Of a stretch of DNA of 64,000 bases, positions 13,850 through 25,838 are shown piece by piece. Position 1 is the stretch's first letter, and each line of letters opens with the position of its first letter. A model generated the notes under the pieces. It saw nothing but the letters and a program-made list of their open reading frames with translations. It was not told where the DNA came from and did no database searches. The stretch lies in the NCBI GenBank assembly GCA_004431415.1, contig QPMI01000015.1, positions 496,001-560,000 of the forward strand. Direction: 5' to 3'. Origin of the DNA: Cyanophora paradoxa CCMP329 (lineage: Eukaryota; Plantae; Glaucophyta). Both the position numbers and the translations under genes were made by a program.

Positions 13850-15693
13850 CAGTGCCCCGGGGGTCAACATGGAGGGAGTGCACGTGCACGTGGCCATGGA
13901 ATGCGGCAGAGATTTCGAACGATGAGCCGACGAGTTGGTGGGCATACGTTTACGTCGATGGGCGGAGCAGCTGCAGGTTAGGGACTCCGGGGAGGTGGCC
14001 ATGGGCCGAGGCGTTTGAACGCTGCGTGGCTGTGAGGTGGCCGGCGTCGGCGACTGATCGGCGATCTTGACTCGGTTCTCTGAACATGTTCAATGAAGTA
14101 TATATTGCCCGATCGCGAACTTCGAACCGGGTCCGGAGTCTATTAAAAGCACCGTTTTAAAATATGAACGCTGAATCAGTCGTTATGACCGCTGAATATA
14201 GAACTTGCGTGGCACTGCGCATATGCATGCAGTGCCGAAGTGCGCGCTCTGGCAACTATCAATTGCGGAAAACTTGAAAGCGACGTTAATGCCGGCAAGG
14301 GCACTGAGGCAGCCGATCGTGACGCACCCTGCTTCGCGAGAGCTCGAGGACTCAATATCATGCATGCAATTGCAACGTGCACGTGCTTCAACCCAAGCGT
14401 ACAATTGATCAAGCTTGTCGCACTTATACTTGACGCTTCCGCGAGTAATTATGAAGACCTAGATGTTCAGAAATGCACATGTTCAGAATTTGCAATTTCA
14501 AAGTGCACGTTCAGAGATTGCAATTGCAACGTGCACGTGGATATCGATTGCCGCGTGCAAGTATCCGGACGAGGACCCGACCCTCGGCTGGCGGTGTTGC
14601 TCATCCGTTGCAAGTTGCTTATTACTGTCATGGATACGCGTCACATCTCTAAATCTGTACACAAAGAAAAGGTCAACATGTAATTATACAAGCATGGAAC
14701 TATATATGCGCTGGCTATACGCTGCACTACAGTAAAGCAAATTGCAAACGAGAATTGGTGGAAATGCCGATACGTGATTAGAAACGCGAAATCAAAGATG
14801 GCCACGCATATGGGCGGCTTCTAATTTCGCAGGAAAGCGTTCGGGATCGGAGGGGGACTCGGCGCGCCGCCGCTTGTATCGCAGCGAATAGGCGTAACAC
14901 TTGGGATCGGACGTCCCTGCGCCGCGGAAGCGATCATGAGGCCGGATCAGATGCGATTGAATAGAATATGAATTTAATTTTAAAAAAACGGTCGCACAGT
15001 ACATGGCGCGGGCACTGCGGCCGTTGGGTACCCGGAGGGGGATTTCCAAGGTGGCGGGCGCTGGCTCCGTCTCGGCGGCGCGCTTCAGGCTGAGTGAGCT
15101 GTGGCTACCCGAGTCCGCAAACTTAAGCCCCAGTGGGGTCAGCGCCGAGGGTATGGATGAGCGCCGCTGCAGGTTGCGCTTTGCAAGGCTCACGCGCAGC
15201 TCGCCCGTCGAGGCCGGCGCCTGCAGCTGGAGGTCGGCCCCGATGGACTTGCGCCGGCGCGCCGCGCCTGCATGCTGAGCGGTGCCCTGCTGTGATCACG
15301 TGTCAGTATCGATATATATCGGCGTCCACCGCGCACGGCGGCATTAATATTCGACACGAAGTTGAAGCAACTCACGTTAACGTTGGCCGACTGCGCGTGC
15401 GCCGTTGGGTCGGCCGAGTCGCGTACGCGCACTGGCGACGGCTCGAGCTCGAGTTCGGACCGGGGGCTAAGAGGCGGAGATGGCGTTTCGCTGCAGCTGT
15501 GTGCCGCAGTGTTCAGCGCGTTGAGCAGCCGCGCGAGAGGAGATGCGGTGGGCTTGCGTTGCAGCGATCGGCTGAACGGACAGTGCTCGGAATCGCTGTC
15601 CAACGCGGTGGGCGTCTCGCAGCGGCTGTTGCTCGCGCTCGAAAACGGGGGGACTCCCGGAAGACTCTCTATATGCATAAAATTGGGCACCAT
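13850..15693 (-). CDS. Hypothetical multi-exon Ser/Pro-rich protein
   Basis: GC-rich open segments (15693-~15378, ~15270-15003, ~14908-14810 and others) bounded by plausible GT/AG sites. No recognisable domain, and the 3' end is uncertain. Confidence 0.3.
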
Positions 15694-16537
15694 CTAAACC
15701 TGACGGCGCGGACAGCCACGGCCGCAGCCGCAACCAAATGTCAATGTTGGAATGCGCACCACAGGCAAAGACGGCGGGCCGACGGGGCGCGCACGCACCC
15801 GACTCGCCGAGTCGATGATTCAGAGCACTGCAGAACAAAACACAGTTGGCCTATAGCTAGCGCTAGCACTACGTAATACCGTACGTATATGCCGGCAGAT
15901 CTAGAGCGTGGTTCAATTTTCTGCTCGCCGAGTCGCGCTAGCGGCCGCGGATCCGGAGCGCAGTCAACGCGTACGTATATATACGTACGAGTATACGTAC
16001 GCACTTTGGCACTGGCAGTGAACTTGGCACTGAACTCGCCGAGTCGGAATATGGCAGTGTCACAGTGTTGGCACCGTTGCAAAAAAACTTGCAATTGCCA
16101 AGTGGCCCTAGGCCTAGACCAGTCACCAGTGAGACCACGGCCCGCCGCCGGCCACTTGTATGAGTGGACCCGGGGGCTCCCGGCTCCACTGAACCCAGCC
16201 CAACTCGGCCCCCGGGCCCCGCCGCCGGTAACTTGCGGCGGTAAGTTGCGGCGGTACCGGTAACTCGGGAGTCGGGAGTCGGGACTCGGGGGAGTCACGG
16301 ACTCACTGGCGGCCGCCGGCCGCGGCGCGCGGGCCCGGCGCGAGCCGGCCGCCGCGGCCGGCGCCCCGCCGGCGCCGGATGATGGCCCGGATCCGGATTC
16401 CGGTCCAATTTCCGGACCGTTGGCCCGCCGGCAGGCCGCGGCCCGCGGGCCCCATGAACGGGGCCGCACGTTTCGGCACCCGTTTTTTTGTTTCTGCATC
16501 GAAACTACTACTACTGGATTGCTTAAATCGCCGCGTA

Positions 16538-16707
16538 GTTAAATTGCCGAATTCCACCAAAACCGGAATTGCCGTGGTGATAGATTGTCGAAACTCTGGA
16601 TTTCTTCTATGGCGCCATACAAAAGCGGCCATTTAGCCCTACCCCCTGAGAATTGCCGTGGTTTATAAAATTGCCGAATTCGGCCTCTCGGCAATATACG
16701 GCAATTT
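16538..16707. repeat. Array of AATTGCCG motifs in both orientations (transposon subterminal-repeat-like)
   Basis: aattgccg x4 and inverted cggcaat x2 within 170 bp. Confidence 0.5.
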
Positions 16708-16844
16708 AAAACATCGGCTTAAAAAGCATTCCTACCGTAGTACAGTAGTAGCTAGACAACCGACGTCTACCTCAGGGCCTAGCCTTTTAGTAGTAAACAC
16801 TAGTAATAGACTACTACTACTACCGTATAAGAAGAAGAAGGATG

Positions 16845-16991
16845 ACTGACACGAAGAAGAGCCAGAGCTAGAGATACCATATGCATCAATATCAGAAGGA
16901 ATTATAATTACATCACTAAGAAGCGGAGGACAAAATTAAGAAAGATAACTTAGTAAATAACAGGAAGCAGACAAGTAAGAGGAACAACAAG
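16845..16991. mobile_element. Degenerate fragment of the element at 37841-39330
   Basis: Aligns with 38264-38390 (actgacacgaagaagagccagagctagagatacc...gtaagaggaacaacaag), with small insertions. Confidence 0.85.
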
Positions 16992-17429
16992 GCTACGTAT
17001 ACGATCGATATCAGGCCTCCAGAATTTTGCATTATAAAGATCAGGGATCCAGTGTCCGACGGTCCCGGGTTGAACACGGACCTTACACGGTTCACAGAAT
17101 CACACTGTGTGTGTGTGCACACACGTGTGACAGTGCTTCACAGTGTTCACACAAGTACAGAATTACTACGGACCCGGGATATCGATACCGCGGCCGGTAC
17201 TGCTTTACACTGTTTACAGTAACGGCCCTAACGGGTCCCTCGATGGGTCCGCGGAACTTAGGACCGGAAGGACTGGAACGTCTGGAAGACTGGAACTTCT
17301 TTCAATTGGACGGTTGTGTTTTTCTCTCTTGGGCTCTCGAGTCTCGATGTTCTTTTTAAACTCGGAGTTTTGGGCTTTTTTGTTTTTTTCAAGCTGATAG
17401 GCTGAATGATCCTGAATCGTGTTCGGTCA

Positions 17430-17830
17430 TGTGGCGGGCCACTGGCGGCCCACTGGCGGGCCACTGGCGGCACTGCCAGGCTGGCGCCCGCGGCCGGCCG
17501 CGGCCCGCGCGGGGCGCGCCGCGGCGCGCCCGGCCGCATGCGCTGCGTGATGCGCTGATCATGCGCATCATGGCATGTGCAGCGCCGCGCCCGGCGCCGC
17601 CGGGCCAGTGCCGGGCCAATGCCGGCCCTGCATGGCCCCGGGGGCCGGCGGCGGGGGCCGGGGGCCCGGGGCCCACTGGGCCCAGCCGCGGCTGAGCCGC
17701 CCAGTGCACTGTCACAGTGTCCTGCCAGTGTGCTCACAGACTCCGTAGTACGCGTGGGGCCCGGCGCCCGCGGCCGGGCCGGGCCCCGCCGCCCCGGCCC
17801 CCGGGGCCCGGGGCCCGGGGGCCCAGGGGC
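17430..17830. repeat. Extremely GC-rich, self-complementary low-complexity region (a similar tract lies at 16300-16470); probable TE relic
   Basis: Multiple ggcccgggg/ccccgggcc inverted and direct repeats; gggccactggc x3. Confidence 0.45.
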
Positions 17831-18174
17831 TACCCTCTTCAACTCCCGCAAGGACCGAAATCGATTCGATCCCCATTTCCAATGTTTCCATCGTGTATCA
17901 TAGTATAAAAGAGCCCGAGCGGGCCGCGGAGCGGCTGATCATGAGCCGGCGCCAGCTCTGCGTCCAATCATACTCCAATGCTGTCCATCGATGTATGTAT
18001 ATATGTATGTACAACGCTCGAAGTCGAAACGTTAACGCGACCAAGTTGCACACCGCAACTGATGAATCATGACACTAGTACTGTGACAAAGCAATCGCGA
18101 CCGTCGGACGTCGACGGACTGCAGCTGCACGTCGACGTCGCTGGTTGGGATTCTTGGGAAGCAAGCTGAAGGTT

Positions 18175-21100
18175 CTAGCTATAGCCTGGCCTGTAGGCCG
18201 ACGTGAACGTTAACTGCACGCGCATGTAGTCGATGTCGATCGCGTCCTTCTTCAGAGCTGCGATCGCGAGGCAATCATCAGCGACGTTAACGTTCAACTT
18301 GGCAAGCTAAAGTGTACTTGAATCCCTTGCAAATTGCAGCAAAGCAAACGTCAACGAAGCGCACTGAGGCAGGCCTGGCGGACGAGGATGAAATGAGCCG
18401 AGCCGTCCTTCGCGATATACGGCGAGGCCGAGCCGCGGAGCGCGGGGAAATTCAGCGTCTGCCACGTCCTGCGGAAAAGACCCGACGCCCAGCATCGTTA
18501 TTTGCGAAAGCCCTGCTTCAGCTTTGTGCTCACCATCCGTCCGAGGGGGCAATGACCGTGTTGTTGCCGAGCTCGACCCAGTCGCCAGTCGCCTGGTTCT
18601 TGACCTCCCAGACCCACGTGATCCAAGCGCCGTCGGGACCTGTATACGTATTAAAAATGAATCATACGCATGCTCAGTTGCATATGCATTGGATGTCGCA
18701 GTGTGGCTCGCCGCCCGCGCCAACCCCACAGCAAGTATTTCTAAACTTGAAGATCGACGTCGACGTCGACATTCTCAAGTTTTCCAACGCCAGCGGGTTA
18801 GAGTTGCGCGTACCAAGCATCTTGACGGAGAGCTGGGGGTCGGCCAGGCCCTTGACGGCCTCGTCCGAGGTGCCGGCGGGCAGGTCGAGCCGGACGATCG
18901 TGCGGGACGCCTCCTCCTCAGTGGCCCCGGAGTAGAACTGCCGCGCGCCCCGATCGCGAGATCAACGTCGCGGTTTGCGAGCTTGTCGAATTAAACAATC
19001 AAGGACAGCTGCGCATGCAGGCCAGCACGCACCTCGACGTACATGTCCCAGCAGTCCTTCTTGTCCGTGCAATCCGCTGACGGCGAGCGCATCACAGTGA
19101 CGCCCTGGTTGGAAAACGTGCTCTGCATTGCTGGTTGTATCAACAAGCTTTAGCGTATGCGTGGATGGTACGTGATGCGAACTTTCTCGGGGGCGAGGAG
19201 GGTCGGAAGGGCGATGACCGACGTGTCCGGGGGCGGCATGGGCGTGCTCGACTGGAAGCGGACGCGCATGTAGTCGATGTTGATCGCGTCCTTCTTCAGA
19301 GCTGTGATCGCAAGCACGAGGTGAGGGTCGAACTCGGGATGGCTATCGCGAAACTATCGCCGTGAAGTCAACTCTGGATCTATAGAATTAATTCGCCAAG
19401 CGCGCGCACTGAGGCAGGTCTGCCGGACGAGGATGAAATGAGCCGAGCCATCCTTCGATATGTACGGCGAGGCCGATCCGCGGATCGGGTAGAAAGTCAG
19501 CGTCTGCCACGTCCTGCACACGCACAAGCGGCAGGCAGATCGCAAGGCCAGTCAGCGGATACTGTATATATTGCACGATTGTCGCATGCAGCTGCTCGTG
19601 ATCATTAGAGCATGCGCACCATGTCTCCGAGGGGTGAATGACGGTGTTGTCGCCGAGCTTGACCCACTCCTTGGTCGCCTGGTTCTGGACCTCCCAGAAC
19701 CACTTGATCCAGCCGCCGTCCGGACCTAATGACGATACCGAGACGCATCAGGGAAACATTGGAGCAGCTGCTGCAGGCTAGGAGCCCTATGACCGAAAAA
19801 CAACGGACCCTTCATCTTGACGGAGAGCTGGGGGTCGGCCAGGCCCTTGACGGCCTCGTCCGAGGTCCCGGCGGGCAGGTCGAGGCGGATGACCGTGCGG
19901 GACGCCTCCTCCTCGGTGGCCCCGGAGTAGAACTGCCCCGGATCCGGACGCACAAGCGCTAGTTGTTCAGAAAGATGCGCGGTCCGTTGGACGTTGGCCG
20001 CGCGCGTTTCCAGAGCGCACCTCGACGTACTCGTCCCAGCAGTCTTGCTTGCCCGTGCAATCCGCAGACGGCGAGCGCATCACAGTGACGCCCTGGTTGG
20101 AAAACGTGCTCTGCGCATGCGTGCGCAAGTAGCGTTTGAATTAAACAGATGAGAAAGCCCGGCGGCCTTGGCCTTAAAGCTTGGTCCTAGATGGGCATGG
20201 AGCGACTCCAGAATAATAATTATATAAATTTAAAACTCGTCGCACGTTATTCTCGGACGTCAGGCTGGTCGGAAGGGCGATGATCGACGTGTCCGGGGGC
20301 GGCGTCAGCGTGCTCGACTGGAAGCGAACGCGCATGTAGTCGATGTTGATCGCGTCCTCCTTCAGCGCTGCGGTATACGTAGCGAGCACGAGGTGAGGGT
20401 CAGAAGTTGGCTGGCGAGATCTAGACAATATAATAGCCGGGGCTCGAGCTCGAAAGCCACGCGCTCGTGCACGCACTGACGCAGGTCTGGCGGACGAGGA
20501 CGAAGTGCTTGGATCCGTCCTTCTTGATGTACGAAGAACCCGCGCCGTGGAGCGCGGGGAAGTGCAGCGTCTGCCACGTCCTGCACACGCGGCGACGGCC
20601 CATCTTTAATATAATTTTTATCATCCGACTAGCGAATCGGCGAGCGGACCATGTCTCAGAGGGAGGGATGACAGTGTTGTCGCCGACCTCGACCCAATCG
20701 CCGGTCTCCTGGTTCTGAATCTCCCAGACCCACTTGATCCAAGCGCCATCGGGACCTGTCCAACGGTTGTCGATACAAATGAGCGGCAGCGGATGCGGAC
20801 CAACATGTTATAGTGGAGCGCCCCGGCAGTTGGCCTGGCTCACCTTTCACGTGGATGGAGAGCTGGGGGTCGGCCAGGCCCTTGACGGCCTCGTCCGAGG
20901 TGCCGGCGGGCAGGTCGAGCCGGATGACTGTGCTCGACGCCTCCTTCTGTGTACATGTACATGTGGCCCCGGAGTAGAACTGCCGTGCGCGCGCGCGCGC
21001 GCGCGCGCCGACATCGTCATTTAATTTGAATGAATCAATCACATTGTTGAGCGCAAACGTACCTCAACGTAGTCCTCCCAGCAGTCGTTCTTGCCGGTAC

Positions 21101-21586
21101 AGTTTGGCGACGGGGAGTGCAGCACTTCGACGCCCTGCTTGGAGAACGTGCCCTGCGGCGCCGAATTCGAATTCGCCGAGAGGAGAAGCTCTACAGTCGG
21201 ACCGAGGGGCGCACCGACTTCGGATCGAGGCTCGAAGGCAGGGCGTCGACGAAATTGGTCGAAGCGTGCGCCTCAAGCAGGGCCCGCTGGGTGGGCTGGC
21301 CGAAGCCTGTCAATATTAACATCGCGCGCTCGCAGTCAGCGCCGAGGAACCGAACTTCGGAAACTTTGGGCACGCGGCGCGCTCGCTCGGAGCTCGCACC
21401 ACTTCCGGGATGCGCTTGCGCATGGTGCCTCAGGCGCGCGTGCCGCGAGGCGCGGGCGCCGGCGGCGGCCGCGGCGTGCTCCGCCCAGAAGCCCGCCAGG
21501 AGGAGCGCTAGCGCGAGCGAGAGGGAGAGGGGGGCGGCTGCAGCCCGCCGGGGCGAGCGGCCTGAACGGTCCGACGTCGACGCCAT
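18175..21586 (-). CDS. Secreted non-catalytic protein made of three tandem copies of the ~165-aa module found N-terminally in the deacetylases (candidate lectin/CBM)
   Basis: Signal peptide ...APLSLSLALALLLAGFWAEHAAA, then three copies of DCW.xYVE/FYSGAT..ASRT.I/VRLDLPAGTSDEAVKGLADPQLS/PDGxWIxWxWEVxNQ...LGDNT/TWQTLxF...LVRQTC/LKxDAIxIDYMRV with identical intron positions; stop at 18175. Confidence 0.8.
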
Positions 21587-21987
21587 GTTCGACTGCAAGT
21601 CTGCGCTTGCTCGACTCGGTGACTGGCGCCGGCAGGCCAGCCAGCAGCAGGTCGAGCTCAAAAGTGGTTTCTGACAGTGGTTCTCGATCATTCGCAATGA
21701 GTGATTGATGCGTGATTGCTTCGCACGGAGCGAAGGGAACATGAAAGACCACTTTTTTTCCGGTGCGCGAAAAAGTGGTTGCGGGGCGCGAAACGGTGGC
21801 GCGAGCTTCGCCCCCGGCTCCCGGCCCCAGTCCCGGGCCCCGTCCCCCGCTCCCTTGTTGCCGAAGACTCGCAGACTTGCAGACCCCTTGCACGCAAACA
21901 AAAGAGGGGGTCGGGGATGCGAGGGGGGAGGGGGCGGCAACTTGGGGGTATCCTAATTCGACGCGCCTTCCGACGCGCCTTCTCTTC

Positions 21988-24900
21988 TCAGCGAAGGTAG
22001 GCCAGGTTCTGTCGGGAGGCGCGCCGGCGTCAACGAGGGCCGGGGGCGCCGGGGCCGGGGCCGGGGCGGGGTACCTCGTCGTCGAGGAAGGCCTGCACGA
22101 GGGCGGGGGTACGCTCCTCCGGCTCGAACAGGTTCGCCAGCTGACGGCAGCCCCGCCGCGTCACGCGCGCTCGGGGCGGGGGATCGAGGGCTGGGGATCG
22201 AGAGGGGGGGGGGGGGTAGAAGGGGGCGAAAGGGGTACTGTCGCCGCGCACCACGAGGCCCGAGCGGAGGTACAGGTCGCGGGCGGCCTCCTTCCCCCCC
22301 AGCTCCTTCGCCAGCATCTGCGGGGGGTATGCGTCGGGCCGCGCCGGCGCGGGCGGGGTACGCGCCGGGCCGGGCCGGACCTTGGCGCAGAGGGCGAACA
22401 TGCGGGGGGCCTTCTTGGAGGGGGCGGCGAGGGTGAGGGCGCGGGCGAGGTACGGGGCGGCGACGGCGCCGGCGGCGAGGAGCTTGGCGAGGAGCGCGGC
22501 CATGAAGAGGGAGGCGCGGGGGAAGTCCACCTCGAGCTCGCCCGCGATCTCGTAGAGCTCGTCCAGGCCCCGCTCGACGAGGGCCGGCGGGAGCACGCCG
22601 GCCTTGGCCAGGCCGCACAGCAGCGGCACGACGGCCAGGCGCTCCTTCTCGCGGCGGTCCAGCGCCTGCGTGACGGCGGCCGAGACGAGGTGCGGGCCGT
22701 AGTGGCGCAGGTCGGGCAGCTCGCGCGCCGCCGCCGCCGCCTCCTCCACGTTGGACGAGGCCCAGTACTCCTCCAGGAGCCCGTTGCCCAGCTGCTCGAA
22801 CCGCGCCTGGCTCACCCGCGGCGGCGTGCCCTCCAGCGGGGCCGGGAGCCCGCGCTTCTCGGGGCTCTCCGCGACGGTCCCGAGCGGGCAGCCGCGCCCG
22901 GCGGCGGCGGCGGCGGCGGCGGCGTGCGGGTGGGGCCCCAGCGCGCGCTCGCTGACGCTGGTGTTGACGGCCGCCGCCGCGATGGCCGACATCGAGAAGG
23001 CGGCGGTGCCCATCGAGATGGCGCGCCTGTGGCCCGGCCGCGCCTCCGACGCCGCCAGCACCGCCGCCGCCGGCAGCGGCATCGGCGCCGGTGCCGCGGC
23101 CTTGGCCGCCGCCGTGGGGCTGATGGGCGCGCCCGGCGCCGCGGCCGCGGCGGCGGCGGCGGCAGAGCCGGGGATGATCGGGAGGTCGGGGCGGAGGCGG
23201 AGGGGCCGGGGGCGGCGGGGGAGGCAGGAACGGGTTGGCGGCGGCGGGCGGCTGCGGCGCCACGGGCAGGGTCGGGGAGGCGGGGTGCGCCAGCGCCCCC
23301 GGGCGGGGCGCGGCGGCGGCGGCGGAGGCGGCGGCTGCGGGGCAGGGGCGGAGGAGGACGGGGAGGGGCCGGGCGGGGCGTGCGCGTGCGCGAGCGGCGC
23401 GTGATTCGCGTGCGGGGAGGCGCGGGCCGGCCCGCCGGGGCCCGAGGAGCCGCCCCACGTGGGCCGCCCCAGCTCGGCCAGGGCGCGCCAGTCGCCCGAG
23501 CCGGAGCGCGCGTGCCCCGAGTGCTTGCGCGGGCCCATCCCCCGCTGCGCCTGCTCGTGCTCCAGCTGCGCCGGCGTGAGCGCAGGGAAGGGAAGAGGGG
23601 AGCGGGGCGCCGCGTCGCGCACGTCGGCGCGGATCTGGTCGATCTTCTTGGCGACGGCCTCCTCGCGGCGTGGCACCCAGGCCGAGCGGCGCAGCTCGAC
23701 CAGGTCCTGCAGCATGAACCGGATGCGGCTCGCGTACGACTCGTCCCCCGCCAGCGATTTGATCCGCGCGAAGTAGGCGTCCAGGCGGCTCCGGTGGGGC
23801 GGGCCCCCCGCGTCCAGCAGCTTGCCGACCGTCCCGAGCAGCGAGTTGATCGCCTCCAGCTCGTGCTCGGCCGGGCTGCTCCCGTCCGCCTCGAGGGGGA
23901 GGAGCTGCCCCGGGCGCGCCGCCTCGCCGGCCGCGTCGCGCTCGGCGAGGGCGGCGGGGAGCGGGCGGAGGTGGAGGCGCCGCGCGATGCACTCGTGGAT
24001 GACCCAGCTCCCCAGCATCTTCTTCTTGAAGAGCTCCCCGATGAACCGCACGTCTGCGGCGGGGCGGGGCGGAGCGAGTCAGAGCCGCCGCCGCGAAGGA
24101 AGGAAGCCGCCGCCCCAAGGCATAGCCAAGGGCGGGTGCGCCACGCCACGCCACGCACTGCCGTTGATGCGGCGCTTGAGCTTGCCCTCCTTCTCGAGGC
24201 GCTCCTCGGCGGGGAGGCCCTCGTACTCCTCGAACTTCGGCTCCTGCCGCCTTCGGCTCAGAGCGGGGCGGAGCGCAGCGGAGCAGAGCGTGGCAGAGGG
24301 GCGCGGGCGGACCTTCTCGAACTCCTCCTGGCAGCGGGAGAGGAGGAAGCGTTTGAAGGTGCAGGGCGGCGGCGGGGCGCCCGCCTCGCCGGGGGCGGCC
24401 GAGGCCGAGGCCGCCTCGTCGGGGAACTCGGGGAGGTGGCCCGAGAGGCGGACGCAGAGGTCCGAGTACATCGTGCTGAACGACGGCTCCATCACGCCCT
24501 GCGCGGCGGGCGGGCGCGGGGCGTCAGGAGGGCCGGCGGGGCGGGGCGGGGCGGGGCGGGGCGGGGCGGGGCGGGGCGGGGCGGGATCGCTCGCCTTGTC
24601 GAAGACGATCTCGGCGATGCCCTTGAGCCGCGACACGGAGTCGACCTGCGCGGGCGGGCGGGGGCCCCAACGCCGTCAGGGGGAGCGGGAGGGGTGGAGG
24701 GGGAGGAGGGGGAGGGGAGACGGCGGGCAGGCCGCGCACCTCGATGGCCATGAGCTGGCCGATCAGAGTGTCGAACTTCTCCGGCGTCAGCTTGTTCAGG
24801 ATGCTGCAGGGGGCGAGGGCGAGGGCGAGCGCGTCGGGCGCGGGCGGGGCGGGCGGGGCGGGGCGGGGGAGGACGGGGGAGCCGCGGCGGGGCGGGGCGG

Positions 24901-25645
24901 GCGCGGGCCGGGGCGCGGGCGGACCCCTTGACGAGCTTGAAGACGCGGTCGTCCTCCGTCTGCTGGCCGCGGCGGGGCACCCAGCGGTTCTCGGAGGTCG
25001 CAAGCCCGTCCACAGCGCCCAGCTGCGGGGCGGCGGGCGGCGTCCGGTCGGCGGTGCCGGCGGCCGCGCGTGCGACTCAGCGGGGACGCGCGCACGTCGA
25101 CTGGCACAGAGAGCGCGCGGCGGTGCGTGGGGGTGCCTGGCCCTTTCGCCGGCTCATTTCCCTTCAGGAAGTTGAGCTGTCGGCTTGAGATCCCCGGCGG
25201 GCCGCCACCTCGTGGATCGCTTTCGAGCCTGCGCGGGAGCCCGCTCGCTCCGACCCGCGCCCGCGGGTGCGCGCTGCAACGCACCCCCGCGTTGGGGTGA
25301 CGGCGCGCGGGTCGTGGCTGGCATCGCTCCGCAGCGGCGGAGGCGATCGCTCGGTGTCGTGAGTCGATTGCTGCGAGCGGCAGCGTCGGTCGGACGAGCG
25401 TACGCGGTGCCGGAGAGGTGAGCCCGATGGACGGACCCGCCTAACGATGGGGGAGGTTGCCTGGAGGATCTCCTTCGCATGGCCTTCGCCCTCGCGTCTC
25501 CGGAGTAGCTGCGGCGGTCGGTGAGCCCGCATCAAACCCCTTCAGTTTTTGCTCTCGGTGGACCCGCGCTACGCGCCTGGCGAATCCTGAGCAGGTCCGC
25601 CGAGCTGTACCGGATCTTCTGCTGCTCCGCGGCCGGTTCGGCCAT
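21988..25645 (-). CDS. eIF4G: Translation initiation factor eIF4G (short, eIFiso4G-like architecture: 4E-binding motif, MIF4G, MA3)
   Basis: N-terminal YSSADLL (YxxxxLPhi); MIF4G motifs ILNKLTPEKF, FDKGVMEPSFSTMYSDLC, FKRFLLSRCQEEFE, GNVRFIGELFK, SRIRFMLQDLVELRRSAWVPRR; MA3 LLEEYW...EEA...ELEVDFPRA. Confidence 0.93.
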
Positions 25646-25838
25646 CGCCACTAAGGCAGGCAGGCTCCAGTCGATGATGTACCCCTCGGTCCAGACCTGA
25701 GCGAGACTTCCGGCCACCGGACCTGATTTCGGTGGCACTAACAGGCTGTAAGAGAGCAGCAGAGACCGTGCAGCGTACGAACGGCAACGCGCCGGAAGGA
25801 GCGCACCAAGTGAGCTTTCCTCTCTCTCCGGCGATCTC

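Noticed and set aside
21763-24753. 996-aa plus-strand ORF and other long Arg/Gly/Ala-rich ORFs across 22-31 kb and 39-43 kb
   Set aside because: Antisense or off-frame shadows of GC-rich spliced genes (eIF4G, MAU2-like, F-box); no recognisable domains.
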